DNA of 64,000 nt from an uncultured Armatimonadia bacterium (GCA_964528605.1 CAZGSV010000009.1:156-64155), one strand, 5' to 3'; counted from the stretch's first letter, positions 35,878 through 45,839 are shown. The notes: a model not told the origin generated them from the sequence alone. Translations and numbers: made by a program.

Positions 35878-38027
35878 TACCTCTCTCGCGCCCTCCGCGT
35901 GCGCTTCCCCTTCTTCGCCCATGCGCCGGGTCCCTCCTGGATGAACCCATAGTAGCGCCCCATCCAGTAAGGCAGCAAGAAGAAAGTCGCGTCCTCCTCG
36001 CTCGCGCCGCTCCCGCCACCGTCAAGTTCGTAGGGATTGCCGTTCCACTTGAACATCGGCCGCTCGTCCGCCGGCAGCGCCTCGGTCGCCTGCGGATGCC
36101 GGAAGCGGTCGGCGTGCGGGTCCAGCGGCAGGTCCGCCCGCAGGCTGTTCCTCACGGCCCAGTAGCGCAAGTCCATGGGTATCTCGCGCAGCGTCCGCAC
36201 CGCGCCCTCGATGTCGCACGGGTCCCCCGTCACCGCTCCGTAGATGAAGTTGAACCAGGGGCAGCGCTCCGGCCGCTCGATCGCCCACGACCGCCGCATG
36301 CTCATGTCGAGCATCGCCCTAAGGTCCGGGTCCCTCTCGTACTTGAGCAGCGGGTAGTAGGCGGTGAACGCTAGTTCGTCGTCCGAGTGATTGATGGACC
36401 CGGGCCTCAGCACCTTCTGGTCAATCACGTTGAGGCCGTAGTGGTGCTTCTTGATCAGTTCCAGGTAGGCGCGCTGGTACTTCTCCTCGCCCGTCATGTA
36501 GTAGGCGACCTTCAGGTGCGACAGCACCTCCAGCGCGTTGAGACCCTTCTGCTCCGGCCAGTCGTAGTTCAGCCGCTCGGGATTCCAGAAGCCCCAGGTG
36601 GTCGGCTCGCCGTCCACGTCAATGAGCAGGTAGCCGTTGGCCATTATGTAGTCGGTCATCCTCCGCACCACCCGCCGGAGGCGCCCTTTCTCGCGCTCGT
36701 CGGCGACCAGATCGTAGTAGATCGAGTAGGCGAAGTAGTGGCCGTCAATCTCGTCGGAACTGGTGTCCGCCTTCCATTCCCACTTGCCGTCCGGCGAGTC
36801 GTACCATTCCCCCCCCGACTTCTCCACGCCCTTCTCCCCCTTGCGCACGAGGGCGCGCGCCACCAGCCCGGGTACCGAGGTCTTCTCCGCCAGCATGATG
36901 AGCGCGTTCAGCGTCTTGCGCGCCAAGCGCCGCCCCTCTTCGTCTCCCGTCGCCGCATACCGATAGCACTCCGCCGCGCAGTACAGCGCCGACCACAGGC
37001 CGTCGTTGTCGCTCGCTTCGTAGGTGACCTCGGCGAAGTTGTCGGCATCCTTGAAGGAGGAGACAGTCACGAAGCCGTAGCGATTGTGACGCGCCTGCAC
37101 TTGCGTCTCAAAGATGAGCGCCTTCTCCTCCAGCGTCATCAGGCGCTGCTCGATCCTGCTCAGGCCCTCCGGCGTTCCCAGCCAAGCCGTCCCCTCCGGC
37201 CCCACCGCGATCGCCTGCACCGACAGGGCCGGCAGCCAGCGCTGCGCCGAGTAATAGTGCCACTGCCCACGCTCGAGTTTGGCCGCGCCCGTGCGCCCTC
37301 CGAACCAGCGCTCGCCGTTCGGCCCCTTCGCCATCACGCGCACCTGCAACAGCGGCAGCCCTTGCTCCCCCCTCAAGGAATACCAGCCCTTGCCGCAGTC
37401 GAAGATGTTGCCGCCGATCGCATGCCCGATCCACAAATGACCAACACCGTCCGCCATCAAGCAATAGACGTGCCGGTTGAGCAGCCCACTACCTCCATCC
37501 CCCATCAGGACGTGCTCCCACTGCCCGTCCCCCAGCGCGAAGAGGCCGTCGAGTGTTCCCAGCCAGAGCGTGCCCGCGCACCAGGCAAGCGAGGTCGGTC
37601 TCGCGCCCTCGGGCAGCGCAATGCGCGGCGCACCCCGCGCACCGGCCTGCCACACGGCAGCGCGACCAACCGCCCACACTTCGCCAGGCGCAGCCTCAGC
37701 AAGGGCAACTGCGCCGGCGCCCACTCGCGACCACTTGCCTCTCTCCAGCACGCGCAACCCGCCTTCGCTAGCGGCCCACACGCGCCCCCTCGTGTCCGCC
37801 AGCAAAGCCCTTACCGCCGAACGCGCCAACCCGCGCGCACCCACCCTTGCGAACCTCCCCCTGTTCAACACCGCGAGCCCCTTGTCCGTGCCGGCCCAGA
37901 CGCGTTCCTTCGCGTCCACCGCCAGCGCCAGCACGTTCTCGCTGGGCAGCCCCTGATCCCGGCCAAAGAACGCGCGAAACTCCTGCGGGTACGGGCCTGT
38001 GCTGAGGCGATGCGTAGCCTGGGACAT
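35877..38027 (-). CDS. Two-component-regulator-propeller (Reg_prop/Y_Y_Y-like) beta-propeller protein with a roughly 400-aa C-terminal domain of unknown function
   Basis: N-terminal repeated V.AL..D..G.VW.GT..GL blades. The C-terminal half is rich in W/Y/D (GEWYDSPDGKWEWKAD..., WGFWNPERLNYDWPEQKGLNALE) with no family I can name. Confidence 0.5.
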   Translation of the reverse strand: MSQATHRLSTGPYPQEFRAFFGRDQGLPSENVLALAVDAKERVWAGTDKGLAVLNRGRFARVGARGLARSAVRALLADTRGRVWAASEGGLRVLERGKWSRVGAGAVALAEAAPGEVWAVGRAAVWQAGARGAPRIALPEGARPTSLAWCAGTLWLGTLDGLFALGDGQWEHVLMGDGGSGLLNRHVYCLMADGVGHLWIGHAIGGNIFDCGKGWYSLRGEQGLPLLQVRVMAKGPNGERWFGGRTGAAKLERGQWHYYSAQRWLPALSVQAIAVGPEGTAWLGTPEGLSRIEQRLMTLEEKALIFETQVQARHNRYGFVTVSSFKDADNFAEVTYEASDNDGLWSALYCAAECYRYAATGDEEGRRLARKTLNALIMLAEKTSVPGLVARALVRKGEKGVEKSGGEWYDSPDGKWEWKADTSSDEIDGHYFAYSIYYDLVADEREKGRLRRVVRRMTDYIMANGYLLIDVDGEPTTWGFWNPERLNYDWPEQKGLNALEVLSHLKVAYYMTGEEKYQRAYLELIKKHHYGLNVIDQKVLRPGSINHSDDELAFTAYYPLLKYERDPDLRAMLDMSMRRSWAIERPERCPWFNFIYGAVTGDPCDIEGAVRTLREIPMDLRYWAVRNSLRADLPLDPHADRFRHPQATEALPADERPMFKWNGNPYELDGGGSGASEEDATFFLLPYWMGRYYGFIQEGPGAWAKKGKRTRRARER

Positions 38028-38078
38028 GGCGACCTCCTAAAGTGGCGCTAAGCGTGCAGGGAATCTAAGCGAGCCCGG

Positions 38079-40271
38079 CTACGCTTGTCGAGCGGCCTGC
38101 TGATGCCTCGGCTGTTCGGTGGGCAACTCGACGTAGAAAGTGGACCCCCGGCCCACTTCGCTCTCCGCCCAGATGCGCCCGCGGTGCCGTTCCACAATGC
38201 CGTAACTCACCGAGAGCCCAAGCCCCGTGCCTCGCTCGCCCCGAGTGGAGACAAACGGATGGAAGATCTTGTCCAGCATATCAGGCGGAATCCCGCAGCC
38301 GGTATCTTCGACCTCGACCAGCAGCCGCCCCTGGTTCCTGAGCGTGCGGATCGTGAGCGTGCCTCCATCCGGCATCGCCAGACCCGCGTTCACGAACAGG
38401 TTCAGGAAGACCTGCACCAGTTGATTGGGGTCACCGATAATCTGGGGCACGGCGGTCTCGAACTCCGTCACCATCTTGATGCCGCGGATAGAGGGGTGCG
38501 TGCGCGCCAGGCTGATGGTGCGCTGCAGCACATTGTGAATGTCGGTGCGCACCATTTCGGGCACGTTCTGCCGGGCGAAATCAAGCAGCCCGCGCACTAT
38601 CTCCTTGCAGCGCATGACCGCCTCTTCAATCCCGCCCATCCACTCGTCCGCCCGCTCCTCGCGCGGCAGCACGCGCCGAATCCTCTGCGCCGTAATCAAA
38701 ATCGCGCCGAGTGGATTGTTGATCTCGTGCGCCACCCCCGCCGCTAGTTCGCCAATGGCCGCCAGTTTCTCCGACTGGTACAACTGCCTCTGCGCGTCCT
38801 CCAGGTCCCGATACGCCTGGCGCAAGCGATCGTAAAGCCGCGCGTTCTCCACCGCCACCGACAACTGGTTCCCCAGCGTCGCCAGCAGCGCCACATCCGC
38901 CGGCGACAACAAATCCTCCGAGCGCTTGTCACCCACGAGCACGAACCCGCTCAGCCCCTCCTTGCTTCGCAGCGGCACCGCCACCTGCGCCTGCAACTCC
39001 TGCATGCGCCGCTGCGCCGCCACTAACAGTCTCTTGTCCCCAGCGCTCAGGTTAAGAGCCTTCAGCATCAGCACAATCTCATCGCGCACCAGCGGCTCCT
39101 GCATCTTGCTCAGAGCCCTGACCAGCCAGTCGCCCTGCGCAATCTGCTCGGCCTCGCTCCCGTCCGGATACCGCGCGTTGGCCACATAACGCCCGTTGTC
39201 GCTCAGGTAGATGAAACCGCGCGCCACGCCCAGCGCCCGCCGCAGCGTCTCCAGCGTATACTCGAGCAATTCGTTGATCTCCAGGAACGACACCACCGTG
39301 CCGCTCAAATCACGCAGCATCTGCTGTGCCTCGTATTCCTCCTTGAAGAAGCGACGCTCCACCAACCTCTGCAAGCGCTTCTGCAGAGGCTGGAAGGCCA
39401 AGGCCAGGCCGAAGGCCATGATAGCCAGCAGATAGTAGGGCACGGGGTCCCTCACGCCGGCCCTGACCCCCTGCATCAGCAAGAGCAACACCAGGGCGTA
39501 AACGCCCCCTACGCCCGCGGCCACCACCGAGTACCACGCCCCCCGCCGGATCGCCACGCTGATGTTCATCAGGCGGTAGCGCACAATGGTGTAGGCAATA
39601 ACCAGCACGTAGAGAATCTGCATCACGTGGCCGATCGGATAGATGGTCACCACGCGGTGCACCAGCAGGAAGTTCGGAATGCCCCCCAGCAGCGCAATCA
39701 CGATGGCGATAATCAGGTAGCGCAGCCGGTTCCGCTCCACCGCCTCCGACGCCCGCACATACCGGTAGAAAAGCGCCCCTATGCCCAAGCACATGTAGAA
39801 GAAGAAAAAGTTGTCGAAGACGCTGCTCACCGTTGATGTCCGAGGCACCCACCCCCCGTAGACTGGGTTCCAGGGCACCCACTGCAGTTGGGCGATGAAA
39901 ACCCCCCGGATGCTGTACCACATGAACGCCGCCGAGATCATGTAGCCCGCGTGCGCCACCGAGTACAGCCAACGCCGCCGCACCCCGCTCACCGCGAGCA
40001 TGAAGTGATACGACAGCGGCGCCAAGAACAGCAGCCCCAGGTGCAGGCAGTTGTTCCACATCAGCGCCTGCCGGTAGCCCTCGCCCGTGTTGGGCACGTA
40101 GTACATCATGAAAAAACCCGTGTTCCAGATGGCCAGGGCCAGGCACACCAGCCCGAACAACTGATTGGCCTTGCCCCGCGGATTGCGCAGCACCACGAAA
40201 CCCGCCAGGCATAAGTTCGCCAGCCCCGCCAACAGAGGCGGGAAGTTGAAGATGTTGATGTTGATGTTCAC
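38079..40271 (-). CDS. Sensor histidine kinase: N-terminal 7TM-type membrane sensor, GAF, HisKA, HATPase_c
   Basis: Seven TM helices at the N-terminus, a GAF-like middle, H-box AAGVAHEINNPLGAI, and G-boxes GTGLGLSVSYGIVERHRGRIWAESEVGRGSTFYVELP. No response regulator is adjacent. Confidence 0.8.
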   Translation of the reverse strand: MNININIFNFPPLLAGLANLCLAGFVVLRNPRGKANQLFGLVCLALAIWNTGFFMMYYVPNTGEGYRQALMWNNCLHLGLLFLAPLSYHFMLAVSGVRRRWLYSVAHAGYMISAAFMWYSIRGVFIAQLQWVPWNPVYGGWVPRTSTVSSVFDNFFFFYMCLGIGALFYRYVRASEAVERNRLRYLIIAIVIALLGGIPNFLLVHRVVTIYPIGHVMQILYVLVIAYTIVRYRLMNISVAIRRGAWYSVVAAGVGGVYALVLLLLMQGVRAGVRDPVPYYLLAIMAFGLALAFQPLQKRLQRLVERRFFKEEYEAQQMLRDLSGTVVSFLEINELLEYTLETLRRALGVARGFIYLSDNGRYVANARYPDGSEAEQIAQGDWLVRALSKMQEPLVRDEIVLMLKALNLSAGDKRLLVAAQRRMQELQAQVAVPLRSKEGLSGFVLVGDKRSEDLLSPADVALLATLGNQLSVAVENARLYDRLRQAYRDLEDAQRQLYQSEKLAAIGELAAGVAHEINNPLGAILITAQRIRRVLPREERADEWMGGIEEAVMRCKEIVRGLLDFARQNVPEMVRTDIHNVLQRTISLARTHPSIRGIKMVTEFETAVPQIIGDPNQLVQVFLNLFVNAGLAMPDGGTLTIRTLRNQGRLLVEVEDTGCGIPPDMLDKIFHPFVSTRGERGTGLGLSVSYGIVERHRGRIWAESEVGRGSTFYVELPTEQPRHQQAARQA

Positions 40272-40313
40272 GCTGGATCATCCCGCCCGCGGATACCCGC
40301 GGCCTGCACGCTT

Positions 40314-42653
40314 CTAGTCTTCGAAGGCGCCCACTACCAGGGTAGCGTTCTTCCCCCCGAAGCCGAAGGAGTTGCAGAGAGCGTTGCGTACGCTCATCTC
40401 CCGACCCACGTTGGGCACGTAGTCCAGGTCGCACTCGGGGTCCGGGTGCTCGTAGTTGATCGTGGGGTGGACAAAGCGGTCGCGGATGGATAGCAGGCAG
40501 GCCGCCAGTTCGATGGGGCCCGAGGCGCCGATGCTGTGGCCGATCAGCCCCTTGGTCGAGTTCACCGGCACGCGGTAGGCGTGCTCCCCCAACACGCTCT
40601 TGATGATCATCGTCTCCGTCTTGTCGTTAAGCGGCGTGCTGCTGCCATGCGCGTTGACGTACTCCACTTCCTGCGCCGTCAGCCGAGCGTCGGCCAACGC
40701 CTCAGTCATCGCCCGCCCCGCCTCCGCGCCGTCCGGCGCCGGCCGCACCATGTGGAAAGCGTCGCCCGTAGCCGAGTAACCCAGCACCTCGCCCAAAATG
40801 GTCGCCCCCCGGGTTATGGCGTGGCCCAACTCCTCCAGCACCAACACGGCCGCGCCCTCGGACATCACAAACCCGTCCCGGTCGCGGTCGAAGGGCCGAC
40901 ACGCCTGCGCGGGCGCGTCATTGCGCGTGGAAAGAGCGCGGATGGCGTTGAAGGAGGCCACGATGATCGGCCGCAGGGGAGCCTCCGCACCCCCCGCCAG
41001 CGCCGCGTCTATCTCCCCGCTCTGAATGGCGCGGAAGCCCCAGCCGATCGCGTCCGCGCCCGCCGCGCAGCCAGTGGAGATGGTCACCGTCGGCCCCTTG
41101 CTGCCCAATTGCATCGAGACTTCGCTCGACACCGCGCCGCTGAAGACCACGATCGCCAGGAAGGGACTCACCTTCTCCGAACCTTCCCCCAGAAAGATCT
41201 TGTGCTGCTCCTCGGCGAACTCAATGCCGCCCACGCCGGTGCCGATGTAGACCCCCACGCGCTCCGCGTCTTCCTGGCTCATATCCAGGCCCGCGCCGTC
41301 AACCGCCAAGCGCGAGGCCGCCACCGCCAGGTGCGTCGAGCGCCCCGCCCGCTTCACCGTCTTGGCGTCGAGAAAGTCGTGCGGGTCGAAGCCGGGCACC
41401 TCGCCGCCAAAACGCGTCGGCAGGCCAGTGGCGTCGAAGAGCGTGAAAGGACGGATCCCCGACTCGCCCCGCTTCGCCGCCTCCCAAAACACCTCGGTCC
41501 CGATGCCCAACGGAGTCACCATGCCAATGCCGGTCACCACCACGCGGCGCTTGGGCGCTGCTTCCGCCCGTGGCCGCAGCACGTACAGCGCCACCTTTTC
41601 CGTCCCCTCGCGCGCCAAGTCTTCGTAGGCGCTTTGCGCCCGCCGCAGCAACTCGTCAACCTCGGCCTGCCGCGCAGGCATCACCGCCACCCCCGCCTGC
41701 GCCCGCAGCCGATCCGCCACCCGAGTCACCGAAAGCGTCTCGGCCACGCGGCCCACGATCCTCTCCGCCGCCCGCATGCCCTCCCGGTATTCTACTCCCG
41801 GCAAGATGAGAAACAGCCTGTTCTCCTCGAGGCGCCCGACGCTCTCCCCGGTCCGCGCGCCCGCGTGCACCAGGCGCACCACTTCCTGCACCAGCACCTC
41901 AGCCGCGGTCGCGCCGCGTTCGCCCCGGAGCGCCTCCCATCCGGGCAGCCCCACGCACACCACGCACACCACGCCGTCGCGACGTCGCGCGCGCAGGATC
42001 TCCTCTTGCAGACGCACCTCCAGCGCTTCCTTGGTCAACACCCCGGGCGCCCCCTCTTCCACCGCCCAGCCCGCGCGCTCCTCCAGCAGTGAGGCCAAGG
42101 CCACGCTCCGAGTCTCCAAGCCCCGATAGCGCTCCACAATCCCAACCAGGTCGCTCGCCACCGAGCGTATCGCGCGACCCGCGACCAGCAGTTCCTCTTC
42201 CTTAAGGACCGGCAGGTGAGCCACCTCGGCCAGCACTTCCTCCGCCGAGAGCCCCAATTCCATCGTGACCTTGCGTAGCGCGGTCGTGTCCGTATCCGCC
42301 GACCCGATTCCCCCCCCGACCACCGCGGCCACGGGCACACCCGCGGCCACCAAGGGCACCGCGCACACCAGCAGCCCCCCATGGCACCGCCATAGCCCCA
42401 CTCCTTCCGCGGCTACCGTCTCGCTGAAGCACTCCCTGGCGTAGCACTCCCGACAGCGGCTGATACCCAGCACCGTGCTGCGGATGAGCCGGCAGAATCC
42501 ACTCAGTTGCGTCTCCCCCGCCAGCAAGTCACCGTCCGGCCCCACCAGCAGCGGCACCACCCCCAACAGGTCGCGGCCAACCCGTTGCAGGCGCTCCCAC
42601 TCACCCACCACCCCCATCAAGCCGGCCACATTGCGCCTGCTTGGGCCGCTCAT
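40314..42653 (-). CDS. Tri-domain fusion: PocR-like sensor, degenerate GGDEF-like domain, full-length beta-ketoacyl-ACP synthase II (FabF-type KAS)
   Basis: PocR motifs FCRLIRSTVLGISRCRECYARECFSE and CHGGLLVCAVPL. The GGDEF-like region has LEENR in place of GGEEF. The KAS domain starts at KRRVVVTGIGMVTPLG and carries the Cys in TISTGCAAGADAIG, His in NAHGSSTPLNDK and His in GHSIGASG, ending CNSFGFGGKNATLV. It is a single uninterrupted 779-aa ORF. Confidence 0.7.
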   Translation of the reverse strand: MSGPSRRNVAGLMGVVGEWERLQRVGRDLLGVVPLLVGPDGDLLAGETQLSGFCRLIRSTVLGISRCRECYARECFSETVAAEGVGLWRCHGGLLVCAVPLVAAGVPVAAVVGGGIGSADTDTTALRKVTMELGLSAEEVLAEVAHLPVLKEEELLVAGRAIRSVASDLVGIVERYRGLETRSVALASLLEERAGWAVEEGAPGVLTKEALEVRLQEEILRARRRDGVVCVVCVGLPGWEALRGERGATAAEVLVQEVVRLVHAGARTGESVGRLEENRLFLILPGVEYREGMRAAERIVGRVAETLSVTRVADRLRAQAGVAVMPARQAEVDELLRRAQSAYEDLAREGTEKVALYVLRPRAEAAPKRRVVVTGIGMVTPLGIGTEVFWEAAKRGESGIRPFTLFDATGLPTRFGGEVPGFDPHDFLDAKTVKRAGRSTHLAVAASRLAVDGAGLDMSQEDAERVGVYIGTGVGGIEFAEEQHKIFLGEGSEKVSPFLAIVVFSGAVSSEVSMQLGSKGPTVTISTGCAAGADAIGWGFRAIQSGEIDAALAGGAEAPLRPIIVASFNAIRALSTRNDAPAQACRPFDRDRDGFVMSEGAAVLVLEELGHAITRGATILGEVLGYSATGDAFHMVRPAPDGAEAGRAMTEALADARLTAQEVEYVNAHGSSTPLNDKTETMIIKSVLGEHAYRVPVNSTKGLIGHSIGASGPIELAACLLSIRDRFVHPTINYEHPDPECDLDYVPNVGREMSVRNALCNSFGFGGKNATLVVGAFED

Positions 42654-42668
42654 CGTCCCGCCCCTGCA

Positions 42669-43127
42669 TCACACCTCATGCTCGGCACGCGCCTCCTGAG
42701 CCATCAGACGCTCCACCCCAGCCAGGAACCTCCGCGCCATTTTACCCACTACCAGCCGGTGCACCACATTCCGCGCCAGCCAATCGCCACCCGGAAAGCG
42801 GGGTGCATACCGATGCACTATCGAAACCCGCGTCCCCTGCCCCTCCGGCCTCACCCTCCACACGGTCACCATCCCCCTCAGTGGCCCCTTCAGTTGCACG
42901 AACTCCACCCGGTCGTTCCCCACCACCTTCCCTAATGACACCCAACGCATGGGCAACCCGAAGACCCGCCCCTGGCGCTCCACCACCACCCCGTCCTCCC
43001 GCTCCTCTAGCACACGCGAACCGGAGTAATCATCCGTCAGCCGATCGTACTCCCCCAGATTGCTCACCACCGCGAACACACGCTCCGGCGACGCCTCCAC
43101 TACCGCGGCATCTTCTACCTCTACCAT
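42669..43127 (-). CDS. SRPBCC-superfamily protein (polyketide cyclase/dehydrase-like, START/Bet v1 fold)
   Basis: 152 aa with the Polyketide_cyc2-like pattern (VEASPERVFAVVSNLGEYDRL...WRVRPEGQGTRVS). ATG 43127 has GGAGG upstream. It sits 16 nt upstream of the KAS-fusion gene. Confidence 0.6.
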   Translation of the reverse strand: MVEVEDAAVVEASPERVFAVVSNLGEYDRLTDDYSGSRVLEEREDGVVVERQGRVFGLPMRWVSLGKVVGNDRVEFVQLKGPLRGMVTVWRVRPEGQGTRVSIVHRYAPRFPGGDWLARNVVHRLVVGKMARRFLAGVERLMAQEARAEHEV

Positions 43128-43181
43128 AGTGCCTCCCGCCGGCGGCGCCTCCTAGCCGCCGCTCCGCGATTCTAGCCCGAC

Positions 43182-44213
43182 CTAGAAACCAATCACAGCG
43201 CTCACATAGTGGGTGCCCGACTCCGGCTGAGGACCAACCGCCGGGAACATGTCCTCCGCCGACTCCTTGTTCAAGTCCTTGGCGTAGGCATAGTCCAGTC
43301 TGAAGTTGCGCGCCCGATAACCCACCCCCGCCGTCCACGCCCCCCCGTAGGAGCCCGCGCGCACGCACAGGCCCTCGCTCAACGACCGCTCTACACCCCA
43401 GTACGGGCGCGAGTCCGTGATCTCCCACCCCGCATCCCGGTTCTCATAGGCGAGCCGCGCATACTCGCCCGCCACCACCGTCTTCTCGTCCGGCCGGTAG
43501 GCCAGCCCGCCCTTGATTATCGTCGTGCGGTAACTGCCCCCGGGGCTGAACGTCGGCGGTGGCGGCACCGGCAGCAGCCAGTAGTTACTCTCCACCTCGT
43601 CCCAATACGAGTACACCGCCCCAGCCGACAGACGGTCAGAGAGCCATTGAAAGACCCCAGCCTCCACCCCGCCGCGCCCCTGACCTCGGGTCCGGTAGGG
43701 GGCAGCGTCCACGTGCACACTGGACAGCGCGCCCGTCAGACCCACCGAAGTGCGCCGCCCTACCCGCAGCCCCCCCGCCAGCAGCACCGCGTCATAAGAG
43801 ACGGACTCCACCGCGCCCGTCAGCGTGTTCAGGTAGGAGTTCGACGCCAGCGAAGTCTTGCGCACCTCAAACGCCGCCTGTTCCGACAGTATCTGCGCCA
43901 GCGAGTACGAGCGCACGGTGTACTCCGGGCCGCTGCCTTGGTCTATGGTCCCCATGCCCACGATGCCGGCCTCCACTGTACTGCGCGGCACCCACACCAG
44001 GCTGGCGGCATTGCGGATGTTGCCTTCATCCGCGACCGCGGTGCACACGCCCCCCATGCCCAGCAGGCGGATGCCCCCGCCTTGCGCTATCGTCAACGCC
44101 GACAGCACGCTCCCTCTGCCGGGAAGCTGCGGAGCCTGCGCCCACGCGCACGAAGCCCCCAACCCCACCGCGATGACCAGTACCAAAACAGTCAACCGAG
44201 CCGATTGTCTCAC
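43182..44213 (-). CDS. Putative outer-membrane beta-barrel protein
   Basis: GTG 44213 with GGAGG 10 nt upstream. Signal peptide VRQSARLTVLVLVIAVGLGASCAWAQAP, alternating amphipathic strands, and a C-terminal ...YVSAVIGF with terminal Phe. Confidence 0.45.
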   Translation of the reverse strand: MRQSARLTVLVLVIAVGLGASCAWAQAPQLPGRGSVLSALTIAQGGGIRLLGMGGVCTAVADEGNIRNAASLVWVPRSTVEAGIVGMGTIDQGSGPEYTVRSYSLAQILSEQAAFEVRKTSLASNSYLNTLTGAVESVSYDAVLLAGGLRVGRRTSVGLTGALSSVHVDAAPYRTRGQGRGGVEAGVFQWLSDRLSAGAVYSYWDEVESNYWLLPVPPPPTFSPGGSYRTTIIKGGLAYRPDEKTVVAGEYARLAYENRDAGWEITDSRPYWGVERSLSEGLCVRAGSYGGAWTAGVGYRARNFRLDYAYAKDLNKESAEDMFPAVGPQPESGTHYVSAVIGF

Positions 44214-44383
44214 GGCCAGTTCCTCCTCAACTCGATGATCCGGTGCCTCAGTCTTGATAGTTACTCTAACAACTAGCCCGCCCCATGGCCGGTTCAGCGA
44301 CCGCAAACCGCGCCGCGCCTCGCTCGGTGGCGCGCCGCTGCCGCGGCTGCTAGACTCCCTCGCCACCACCACGGGGTGATGCC

Positions 44384-45475
44384 GTGAACGCCCGCGAGCG
44401 CTTCCTCGAGACCGTGCTCTTCGGCCGGCCCGACCGAGGCTTCCGCTGGGAGAGCCTCGGCTTCTGGGGCGAGACCGTCCGCGCTTGGCGTCAACGGGGC
44501 CTCCCCGAGGACCAGAGCCCCGAGGCCTACTTCGAGTTCGACCCCTTCGCGGACCTGCCGGTCGCCAGTGGCTTCACGGGCACTCCCTATTGCCCCCCCT
44601 TCGAACACCAAGTGCTGGCGGAGGACGATTTCTCCATCACCTACCGCAGTAACCAGGGCATACTCCTGCGCGAGCGCAAGGAGAAGGCGGAATTGTCTAT
44701 GCCACAATTCCTCGAGTTTCCGGTAAAAGCACCGGAGGATTTCGAGGCCCTGTTGTGGCGCCTAGACCCGAGTGACCCCGACCGGCTCCCGCAGGACTTC
44801 GACGCCCGTGCCGCGCAGTGGCGCCAGCGTGACTACCCCCTCTTCCTGCGCATCTGCGGCGCCTTCGGCCACCCCCGCAACCTGCTCGGCCTCGAGCGCC
44901 TCCTCGTCACCTACTACGACGACCCGCAGTTCGTCCACCGCATCCTCGACCATTGGGCGGGCTTCTACGAGGCCCTCTTCGACCGGGTCCTCTCCCAGGT
45001 CACCGTGGACTTGCTCATGATCTGGGAGGATATGTGCTACAAGGCCGGCCCGCTCATCGGGCCCGCGCTCTTCCGCGAGTTCATGCTGCCCTACTACCAC
45101 CGAGTGATAGACTGCGCGCGCCAGTTCGGAGTGCCCATCATTATGGTGGACACCGACGGCAACTTCTGGGACCTGCTCCCGCTCTTCCTGGAGGCCGGCG
45201 TCAATATGATGATGCCCTTCGAAATCGCCGCCTCCATGGAGCCGCTCGAAGTGCGCAAGCAGGTGGGCAAGCGCCTTGCCATCCTCGGCGGCATTGACAA
45301 GCGCGCACTCCGCGCCGATAAGCGCGCCGTCGAGGAAGAGGTCGAGCGCAAGGTGCCGCAGTTGGTCGCCGAGGGCGGCTTCATCCCTTGCCTCGACCAC
45401 ACCGCGCCGCCCGACATCTCGCTCGACAACTTCGCCCACCTCGTCCGCTGCCTCCGCCGCTATACCGAACCGTGA
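44384..45475 (+). CDS. Uroporphyrinogen-decarboxylase (URO-D)-like family protein (MtaA/CmuA-type)
   Basis: 363 aa with a URO-D-fold C-terminal pattern (MVDTDGNFWDLLPLFLEAGVNMMMPFE, LAILGGID...FIPCLDHTAP). Confidence 0.55.
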   Translation: MNARERFLETVLFGRPDRGFRWESLGFWGETVRAWRQRGLPEDQSPEAYFEFDPFADLPVASGFTGTPYCPPFEHQVLAEDDFSITYRSNQGILLRERKEKAELSMPQFLEFPVKAPEDFEALLWRLDPSDPDRLPQDFDARAAQWRQRDYPLFLRICGAFGHPRNLLGLERLLVTYYDDPQFVHRILDHWAGFYEALFDRVLSQVTVDLLMIWEDMCYKAGPLIGPALFREFMLPYYHRVIDCARQFGVPIIMVDTDGNFWDLLPLFLEAGVNMMMPFEIAASMEPLEVRKQVGKRLAILGGIDKRALRADKRAVEEEVERKVPQLVAEGGFIPCLDHTAPPDISLDNFAHLVRCLRRYTEP

Positions 45476-45720
45476 TCACCGCTGCGGTGGCGCCGGCCAT
45501 CCGCGGACTGCGGCCCATCGGCCGGCCCACCCTATTGGTCGCCCGCCTCGAAGTCCAGCCAGTTCCCTCCCGACCGAACGCGTCCGCGGCTGCCACCTTG
45601 CGGGTGGCCTGTAGCAACCCGATCTTACCTGGCCCCCTCAAAAGGCTCGCCTCCGCCAGGTCGCAGGCGGGCCCCGACTGAGTCGGCGCGCCTACCACCC
45701 GGTACGCGAGTGCGGAGCAA

Positions 45721-45839
45721 CAACCCCGCATCGGGTTGTAGGGACGGCATCTCATGCCGTCCGCAGAGACGCAGGCTTCTGTGTCCGTACCCCCCATGGG
45801 CGGAGAACCGCGGAAAATGGGGACTGTAACCATTTTCCT
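45721..45839. terminator. Hairpin cluster between convergent genes (candidate bidirectional terminators)
   Basis: CAACCC-CGCATC-GGGTTG (45721-38); GGACGGCAT-CTC-ATGCCGTCC (45742-62); GGAAAATGG-GGACTGTAA-CCATTTTCC (45813-39), with a further GGAAAATGG...CCCCTTTTTCC at 45871-45895. Confidence 0.4.
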
